Shown here one piece after another: positions 1-7,028 of a stretch of 23,199 nt of DNA. The translations under genes were made by a program, and so were the position numbers. Source of the stretch: Rebecca billardiae RCC1528 (taxonomy: Eukaryota > Protista > Haptophyta); contig CBDEKP020000001.1 in NCBI GenBank assembly GCA_965240325.2, positions 1-23,199 of the forward strand. Reading direction: 5' to 3'. Each line of letters opens with the position of its first letter. Position 1 is the first letter of the stretch. The notes beneath the pieces were generated by a model, which was not told the origin of the DNA, did not search any database, and saw only the letters and a list, made by a program, of their open reading frames with translations.

Positions 1-8
1 GGAGCGCT

Positions 9-59
9 CTCTCTCCTCCGAGCCTACGACTCGTCATCCCCGATTCTCAGTCGAGCCAC
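9..59 (+). repeat. Left terminal inverted repeat (51 bp)
   Basis: CTCTCTCCTCCGAGCCTACGACTCGTCATCCCCGATTCTCAGTCGAGCCAC is the exact reverse complement of 16145-16195. Confidence 0.95.
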
Positions 60-100
60 ATCGAGCCACATCGAGCCACATCGAGCCACATCGAGCCACG
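51..100 (+). repeat. Subterminal 10-bp tandem repeat (TCGAGCCACA)x5
   Basis: Four exact copies plus TCGAGCCACG. Reverse-complement copies (TGTGGCTCGA) occur at 16102-16121 at the other end. Confidence 0.95.
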
Positions 101-197
101 ACGACCCACGAGCCACCATCCCACCAACCGCCGCCGCCACGCCGCCGCCGCGTTTATTTCGGCGCAATATAAAATCTTACGCACGTGTATAATACTG

Positions 198-848
198 ATG
201 CCTTGGCGTGTGACTTGCGATGCACGCACCGGAGCGCCCGGCTTCGCCGAGAGCGAGGAATACGAATCACGCTGGTATGTGGACCTGACGGACGCCATTC
301 GTCACTTGCTCAATTTCAGCCCCTCGGAGCGGTTTCATTGCGTCCGCCACGCCACGGTACACTTCGAGTACTCGGGCGGTCGGGCATGCGAATTTCGGGA
401 TGGCCTGATTTTCTACGGCAATAGCCTCAGGGACTTAGGCGTGAGCGAGCGCACCTTTGATGACGCGTTCGAACAGGCGCTCGGCATCAAGCCGGTCACG
501 CTGGAGCGGGTGAAGAACGTGTATGTCCCCATCGACACGAATGTTTCCTCCGGCCGCCATCGCCTCACGCAAGAGACCATCAAGCAAAAATCAAGGCGCT
601 TACTTCCTCCGGAGGAAGAGTTGGAGGCGCACAGAGAGGAGAACATCGAGTGCTCCGAATGCCGCCGCGAGGTGCCATTCGAGCTCTTCGCCTTCCGCCG
701 CCGCCGAGGCGGCAGCGTGACACGCACGATGAACTGCTACGAGTGCCACCTCGAGCAGGTGCGCATCCGCCGGGCGCGCTTCGTGAGCAAGGGCGCATCC
801 TCGGTGGAGCGCGACGCTCAAATAAAATCGGCGATTCGCGCCACCTAG
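198..848 (+). CDS. Hypothetical protein with C-terminal CxxC...CxxC zinc finger (216 aa)
   Basis: ATG-initiated ORF preceded by an AT-rich AAAATC leader. Contains CSEC-x25-CYEC flanked by basic residues. Confidence 0.75.
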   Translation: MPWRVTCDARTGAPGFAESEEYESRWYVDLTDAIRHLLNFSPSERFHCVRHATVHFEYSGGRACEFRDGLIFYGNSLRDLGVSERTFDDAFEQALGIKPVTLERVKNVYVPIDTNVSSGRHRLTQETIKQKSRRLLPPEEELEAHREENIECSECRREVPFELFAFRRRRGGSVTRTMNCYECHLEQVRIRRARFVSKGASSVERDAQIKSAIRAT

Positions 849-926
849 AGAAATCGGGGGGCGCGTTATTCTAGCGCCAAATAAAAATGTCAACCACCAT
901 CATAACACAAAATCCACGTTTGTAGT

Positions 927-3900
927 ATGATGAACGTTGATGCCCTCATCCGAAATGCCCGCGCGCGCCTCAACGAGCGCACTCCTCGCATCGAAATTCC
1001 AATCACGAGTCGCCTGGGCGCTACCGCAGCGGCTCGTCGCGCTACTAGTCGTACTAGTGGAAACACGAACCCCATCGCCAGAGCGTTCCAGTCTCCGCCG
1101 GGCAGCCCACCCGCCGGCTCGACGCCAGCCACCGGCCTTCGCCCCATCAGCCGCTCGCTCAGCCAATACACGCGGGAGCAGCTCGTGCGCATCCGCCAAT
1201 TCCAAGACGCATTCGAGGGCTTCGGCATGAGCGCGCCGCAAGTCCTCGCCGGCATGCTTTATCAAGATCCGTGGAGCGAACAGCGGCGCAAGATCCCCTC
1301 CACTAGCAGACAGCTCGACGCCCTCGCCGAGCGCGTCGCCAGCAAGATCTCCGGCCCCGCGCCCCGCCGCCGCCGCCGCGCGCCCGCCCGCGCGCCCGAC
1401 CGCGAGCGCGCCGCGAGCCTCCTCCAGCGCTTCAATCGCTCCCACCGCTGGACTGACACCCAGCGCACGCAACTGGAAGTCGACCGGAACCTCGCCATGC
1501 TCTCCACAAGCATGCAGGATCGGTATTTTGAGTTCATCGACCGCAAGCGCTTCATCATGCCGCTCAAATGGATTCTACGCGAGAATCTTGGGTTGCTCCT
1601 GGAGCAGCAGCTGAATTACACGCCGAGCCAGCATCACCTCGGGGCGATTCTCCAGACGATTAATGCGACTATTGACGCTCGCTTGCAGGAGATACCGTAC
1701 AGCCGGCTTTCGATGCACATTCGACTCGAATCGATATTCGCGCACGCCAAGGTGACGATTAGCAAATCCAACAAGAACGGAAAGTCCGTCGAGACGTCCG
1801 ATTTCACCTGGGAGGCGGACCCCTTCGCGGTGACCATGCACGAGGTCGCTCAGCTCAAGACCCGCGAGGAGATTATGCTCCACGCGCGCGCCTTCAAAAA
1901 CGAGAATGACAAGTATAATCCGACCGCCCTCAACAAGGGCTTCTACGAATTCGGTGTGGTCACCGCGGGCGCGAAGGAGCTCGACAATTCGACGACGCGC
2001 CTGGTCATCGACAAAGGCAATCCCGAGGATGTGCAGCAGGCCAAGACCAAAATCGCGGAGATGCTTGCGCTCGTCACCTCCACGAGCAATCCGCAGTACA
2101 GTGCGCGGCGATTTGTGGGCCTCCTCAGTTTTGATGTGGATACCTACCCGATCAATGCCGTCCGCCAGCAGGGCTCGTCCTACGTCAAGCTCCCGCAGAA
2201 GTTCGGTGGTGGGAGCAAGGGGCTGATCAACCCGGAGAACAAGACCGACAACAAGTGTTTTCTGTGGGCCTCGCTCATGCACTTTGCCAGCGCAGATGGA
2301 GCCAAGAAGCTGGAGCGCACCAGCACGCTCAAGCGCTACGAGTCGATGATCGTCTGGCCGGAGGAGGTCAAGTTCCCGTTCGACTGCACCGACATCCCGA
2401 GCCTCGAGGAGGCCAACCCCACCCTCACCTGGAACGTCTTCTCACTCGAGCAGATCAAGCGCACCGCAGAGGATCATCATGAGCACCCCGAAGATACCGA
2501 CGAGTCCAAGTACCCCATCGTGCCGATTCACACGACCACGCCGGAGAAATACCGCGAGCGCACGCTCATCAACATCCTCGCGTACGAGAGCCACTACGTC
2601 TTCATCAAGGACCTCGACAAGCTCCTCAGCGAGCGTGCGCACAACTGCGCGCACTGCCCCATCTGCACGCGCCGCTTCAGGACCAAGGCAAACCGCGATC
2701 AGCACACAGCGCAGTGCAACGCCAATTGGCGTCACCTCTTCCAGCCGTGGACGCTCGACGAGATTAAGAGCCAGGCGAGGACACCTCAGGAGCTCAAACG
2801 CACCGAGACGGACATCACCTACTCGCAAGATACTTCCGTCGTGTGGAAGCCGGTGGTAGCGGTGGCTGACTTCGAGGCGGTCAACACCACGCAGGTCAAC
2901 GGGCAGACGCACCAGAAGGCGCAATCGGTAAGCCTCAAGTTTGATTTTCAGGACGGCATGGAGGTTCCTAACATCGATTGCAGCTTTATGGGTCCGGATG
3001 CGGGCGTGCGGTTTTTGCATGCGCTGCTCGATGCTACCCCAAAGATCCGCGATGCATGCTCGCGCTATAAGGGCAACTTTTCAAAGGTCACCGCGGCCGA
3101 CCGCGAGCACTTTGAGGCGAGCGAGACGTGCCACTTTTGCGGTGAGGCTGCCTTCTCCTCAAACGCGGAGATTGCTCGCGCCGAGGCGGAGTATGAGCTC
3201 AAAGCGAAACTCGCGGTGGATGCGGACGAAAAGGATTCGCTGAAGGGCGCGCTCGAGGAGGTTCGGGCCCAGCGCAAGGTCCTCGACCACTGTCACTGCA
3301 CGGGCCTCTACCGCGGCGCGGCGCACTCGCGGTGCAACCTCAAGCACGGCACGCCGAGCCTCATCAGCAGCATTCCGGTCTACTTCCACAACATGTCCTA
3401 TGATAGCCAGCTCATCATGCAGGCGCTCTCCGACGTGAGCGTTCAGGCGCGCATCAAGGAGCACAAAGTCCGAATGAACGCCATGGTGATCAACTCCGAG
3501 CGTTTCAAGACGCTCGAGATTGGGCCCTTCCGCATCCTCGACTCGATGACTTTTCTGGGCGGAAGCTTGGCGGAATCTCTGAAGAATCTGCCTTCAGAGG
3601 CCAAGCACTCGCTCCGCCAGGCGGCCAACGAGCACGCCGAGCGCTTCGGCAAGGACCCAAGTGCAGTGTTCGAGGCCTTCAAGCACAAGCAGGTCTTCCC
3701 GTACGAGTTCGACTGGCATCAACACCTCGACGAATTCATCAGCGCAGACCCTCAGCTCTTCAGCTCCAAGCTCTGTGAAGGCTACGGCAAGACCGACGAG
3801 GAGCTGGAGGAGCGCCTGGAGGCCGAGCAAGAGGAGCTTGAGAAGAGCCTGCCCGAGCGCATGAGCCGCCTGCAGGAGGCGACCGGCATCGTCACGTGGC

Positions 3901-5543
3901 GCGACCTCCACGATCTGTACCTCAGCATTGATGTCTGCGGGCTCCAAGATTGCATGCGCGCATTCCGCAAGACCTCGATGAACACGTACGGCCTCGACCC
4001 GGCCTATTGCATCTCCAACTCGCAGTTCGCGTGGAAGGCCATGCTCAAGCTTACGGGCGTGAGGCTCGAGAGCATCCCGACGAGCGGACTGTACGAGCAC
4101 GCCGAGTCCGGGCTCCGCGGAGGCATGTCGATGGCGCGAAACCGCATCGCACACGCCAATCACCCAGATCTCCCCGAATTTGATCCCACCAAAGAATTTT
4201 CGGCCATTCACGATTTTGATGCCAACGCGCTTTATGCCTCGGTGATGTCGTGGAAGCTACCGACGGGCGGGTATAAGGACGTCGATCCGGAGCGCTTCGA
4301 TGCCAACGATCCGCGCTACGGTGGGCTCCCGACGCGACCGAATCAGCCGTGTGAAGAATGGCAGGGCGACGTGGGGGCGCTCGTGACAGTGGACATCGAC
4401 TACCCAGACCGGCTGCACGACCTTCACAGCGACTACCCGCTGCTCCCTGAGGTGATGGAAGTACCCGACGAGATGCTCTCCCCTGCGCAGCAGGGCAAGC
4501 GCGCCGTCAAGACCACCAAGCTGATTGCGCACCTTGGCTCCCGCAAAAATTACACGCTCAACGTCACGATGCTCAAGTTTGCGCTGGCGCAGGGGCTCGT
4601 GCTCACCAAGGTGCACCGAGTCGTCGAGTTCGAGCAAAGTCCGTGGCTGCGCCCGTGGGTGGACCTCAACACGCGGCTGCGCAAGCAGGGCAAGAACGCC
4701 TTCGAGGAGGGGTATTTCAAGCTCATGGTGAACGCATGCTTCGGCAAGACCATGGAGCGAATCTACCACCACACGCAGGCTCGATTCATTGATAACCGTG
4801 CTGCATTCACTCGGGCCATGACGAGTCACCGGGCGCTCACGTACAAGCCTATCGCACCCGAGTTTGCGCTCGTGACGATGAGCAAGCGCGAGTACGTGCG
4901 TGACAAGCCCATCTTCGTGGGTGCCTCGATCCTCGACTTTTCGAAATTGTGGATGTATACGTTTTTGTATAATGTGGTCTACCCCACCTTCGGTCCGAAG
5001 AATGCCCGCCTGCTCGGGACGGATACCGACTCGCTGATTATGAATTTCCGAGCGCCCTCGCACGAGGCCTATTTGGAGAAAATGCTCAGCATCCGCGATG
5101 AATGGCTGGACACGAGCAAATTTCCGGAGGGGCACCCGCTCTTCACGGACGACAACCGCAAGACGCCGGGGTTTTTCAAGGACGAGCTCGGCGATAATCT
5201 GGCGGTGGCAGTGGCCTTTGTGCGGGCGAAGACGTACTCAATCAAGACGCGCAAGAGCCTCGAGGGCGAGCTTGAGGACGTCCACCGAGCCAAGGGGGCT
5301 CCCTCCCGCTGCGTGCAAAATAGCCTCACGCACGACGACTACGAGACGACGATTTTAGATAATTCGAGCGTCAGCGCACAGTATCACGATTTGCAATACA
5401 AAAATCACAACATAGTTTTCAGTCGCCGCGTGAAGAAGGTGCTCGACTGGGTCGACGATAAGGGCTATCATCTCTCGGCCGAGCGCACCATCGCCCTCAA
5501 TCACTGGCGCATCAAGGCCGGTGGTCACGCTCTCGCGGCGTAA
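927..5543 (+). CDS. polB: Protein-primed family B DNA polymerase (pPolB), Polinton type, with N-terminal terminal-protein/vOTU-like region, Zn finger and endonuclease VII-like insert
   Basis: ExoI VADFEA, ExoII FHNMSYDSQLI, ExoIII YLSIDV, motif A DFDANALYASVM, motif B KLMVNACFGK, motif C GTDTDS, and late motifs GFFKDE and RAKG. Also GSSYVKLP..LINPEN..DNKCFLWA..HY, CPIC..H..C, and CHFC..DHCHCTGLYRGAAHSRCNL. Confidence 0.96.
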   Translation: MMNVDALIRNARARLNERTPRIEIPITSRLGATAAARRATSRTSGNTNPIARAFQSPPGSPPAGSTPATGLRPISRSLSQYTREQLVRIRQFQDAFEGFGMSAPQVLAGMLYQDPWSEQRRKIPSTSRQLDALAERVASKISGPAPRRRRRAPARAPDRERAASLLQRFNRSHRWTDTQRTQLEVDRNLAMLSTSMQDRYFEFIDRKRFIMPLKWILRENLGLLLEQQLNYTPSQHHLGAILQTINATIDARLQEIPYSRLSMHIRLESIFAHAKVTISKSNKNGKSVETSDFTWEADPFAVTMHEVAQLKTREEIMLHARAFKNENDKYNPTALNKGFYEFGVVTAGAKELDNSTTRLVIDKGNPEDVQQAKTKIAEMLALVTSTSNPQYSARRFVGLLSFDVDTYPINAVRQQGSSYVKLPQKFGGGSKGLINPENKTDNKCFLWASLMHFASADGAKKLERTSTLKRYESMIVWPEEVKFPFDCTDIPSLEEANPTLTWNVFSLEQIKRTAEDHHEHPEDTDESKYPIVPIHTTTPEKYRERTLINILAYESHYVFIKDLDKLLSERAHNCAHCPICTRRFRTKANRDQHTAQCNANWRHLFQPWTLDEIKSQARTPQELKRTETDITYSQDTSVVWKPVVAVADFEAVNTTQVNGQTHQKAQSVSLKFDFQDGMEVPNIDCSFMGPDAGVRFLHALLDATPKIRDACSRYKGNFSKVTAADREHFEASETCHFCGEAAFSSNAEIARAEAEYELKAKLAVDADEKDSLKGALEEVRAQRKVLDHCHCTGLYRGAAHSRCNLKHGTPSLISSIPVYFHNMSYDSQLIMQALSDVSVQARIKEHKVRMNAMVINSERFKTLEIGPFRILDSMTFLGGSLAESLKNLPSEAKHSLRQAANEHAERFGKDPSAVFEAFKHKQVFPYEFDWHQHLDEFISADPQLFSSKLCEGYGKTDEELEERLEAEQEELEKSLPERMSRLQEATGIVTWRDLHDLYLSIDVCGLQDCMRAFRKTSMNTYGLDPAYCISNSQFAWKAMLKLTGVRLESIPTSGLYEHAESGLRGGMSMARNRIAHANHPDLPEFDPTKEFSAIHDFDANALYASVMSWKLPTGGYKDVDPERFDANDPRYGGLPTRPNQPCEEWQGDVGALVTVDIDYPDRLHDLHSDYPLLPEVMEVPDEMLSPAQQGKRAVKTTKLIAHLGSRKNYTLNVTMLKFALAQGLVLTKVHRVVEFEQSPWLRPWVDLNTRLRKQGKNAFEEGYFKLMVNACFGKTMERIYHHTQARFIDNRAAFTRAMTSHRALTYKPIAPEFALVTMSKREYVRDKPIFVGASILDFSKLWMYTFLYNVVYPTFGPKNARLLGTDTDSLIMNFRAPSHEAYLEKMLSIRDEWLDTSKFPEGHPLFTDDNRKTPGFFKDELGDNLAVAVAFVRAKTYSIKTRKSLEGELEDVHRAKGAPSRCVQNSLTHDDYETTILDNSSVSAQYHDLQYKNHNIVFSRRVKKVLDWVDDKGYHLSAERTIALNHWRIKAGGHALAA

Positions 5544-5616
5544 TGGACTAGCGCGTTTTTCTTGGCTCAAATAATTTTCTCACTCACTAGTAGAAAACTG
5601 GAAAACTAGTAAAACT

Positions 5617-6135
5617 ATGGCCCCCTGCGATTTTGACGTTTCCGCTCGCCACGATTGTAGATGCCGCGATTGCCGTGAGATGCGCACCGAGTTCGAGGCC
5701 CTCAAGGAGCGCGTGGTGGCTCTCGAGCGTGTCTTCGCCGCGCCGCCCGAGCCGAGCGCACGCCCCGGGTCGCTCACGGCGGCATCATTAAATGCGATCA
5801 AGACTCACTTTAGTGGTATCGAAGTGGTCGGCGCCAAGTTCTTCAATGAGCATTGTGTTGTGGGCAAGCTCAGCGAGCCCTTCGTGAAGGGTCACACTGT
5901 ACCGCAATCGTTCAAGATTACCCGCAAAATTACCGCCGTCAGTGAGGCGTACGGTGAGCCGGGTCGAGCGCCGATCTCTCAGTCGGCTACGCCCTCAACC
6001 CTTCGGGACGTACTGTGGCCGCGACGTGACTCGTGGTCACGTCAGCGAGGCGGAGCTTCGCTAAGCGCGCCCGCCGCGCCTCCCGCTGATTCGTGTGATC
6101 AACCGATGTTCGCTGATTCTGATGGTGAGGACTGA
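5617..6135 (+). CDS. Hypothetical protein (172 aa) with N-terminal Cys cluster, coiled coil and acidic C-terminal tail
   Basis: ATG after the AT-rich leader AAAACTAGTAAAACT. Contains CRCRDC and the heptad EFEALKERVVALE, and ends in MFADSDGED. Confidence 0.7.
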   Translation: MAPCDFDVSARHDCRCRDCREMRTEFEALKERVVALERVFAAPPEPSARPGSLTAASLNAIKTHFSGIEVVGAKFFNEHCVVGKLSEPFVKGHTVPQSFKITRKITAVSEAYGEPGRAPISQSATPSTLRDVLWPRRDSWSRQRGGASLSAPAAPPADSCDQPMFADSDGED

Positions 6136-6232
6136 GCGCAACGCCATCACACAATTTGGAAGGATCAAAAACACTCGAAGGCGCTCGCTCGGAGCGCTTC
6201 CGAGTCTTAGGGGGCATGATACTATTTCGATA

Positions 6233-6883
6233 CTATTTTGAGGGGTTCTTTTTTCGAGCGGACGGTCGCGCGGACGGCCGCAGTAGCCGGATACCCTCGC
6301 TGCGGATACCGGTGATAGGGCCCGTGAATCGCGCGGTGATGACCTGCGCACGGCGATTGGCGTTCGCCCGCGTGGTCACGTTCGCGCCGGCGGGGATGAC
6401 GTTGTGCTGCTCGACGTCTGGCTCGCGCCCGCCTTGGCGCACGATTTTCCCTGCCTTATCAAACACGTAATACTTGCCGTCGACGGGCCGGCGCGCGCGC
6501 GCCAGTAGCCGAGCGACGTTCTCCTCGAGCATTGCCGGGTTGCTGATTTGCCTCCACTCTTTATCGAGCGGCGGCTTGACGAAGCCAAAGCCGGGGTTTG
6601 TGAGCGCGAGCAGGCGCTTCTCGGCGGGGAAGACCAAATTCGAAGACACAACCAAAAACCCGACTAGCCTGAACGAATTACCGGGTTTGACGTAGGGCAT
6701 CATATGACGATAGCCTTTGAAGGTTCGACTCACAATATTGGCGGTGAGGCCCATTTTGAACAAACGGTTAGAAGTGTCCCACCCGGGGGCGATCACATAT
6801 AGGCCCGCCGCCGGCTTCCCTTCCGGGGTGCGCTTCAGCAAATTCGCGTTTTGCATGGCCTTTTCAAACTGCGATGATTTCAT
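6233..6883 (-). CDS. GIY-YIG superfamily (T5orf172/MUG113-like) nuclease-domain protein
   Basis: GLYVI...FKMGLT...SR...Y...AEKRLL...KEW matches the T5orf172-type pattern. Basic C-terminal tail. Confidence 0.72.
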   Translation of the reverse strand: MKSSQFEKAMQNANLLKRTPEGKPAAGLYVIAPGWDTSNRLFKMGLTANIVSRTFKGYRHMMPYVKPGNSFRLVGFLVVSSNLVFPAEKRLLALTNPGFGFVKPPLDKEWRQISNPAMLEENVARLLARARRPVDGKYYVFDKAGKIVRQGGREPDVEQHNVIPAGANVTTRANANRRAQVITARFTGPITGIRSEGIRLLRPSARPSARKKNPSK

Positions 6884-7028
6884 GGCTTAGCTAATTGTTA
6901 CTCCGATTTTACTCGCATTAGCCGCCAAAGTGGAGTGTCGGTCGGCCACCCGGCAAAGTCATCATGTGCCGGCGACGAATCGCTTACCGATTCATATCTC
7001 ATGCCCTTATTAAAGAGGCCCTTGATTA

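Noticed and set aside
2-9. Palindrome GAGCGCTC suggesting a hairpin end or head-to-head junction
   Set aside because: Symmetry breaks at position 1 and only 8 flanking bases are visible; short GC palindromes are common here.
47-110. Short regular repeats resembling a CRISPR array
   Set aside because: They are 10-bp head-to-tail repeats with no spacers, in a eukaryotic context with no cas genes.
900-5570. Many antisense and alternate-frame ORFs overlapping polB (e.g. 4257-5135, 1575-2282)
   Set aside because: Shadow ORFs expected from high GC3 codon bias; no motifs.
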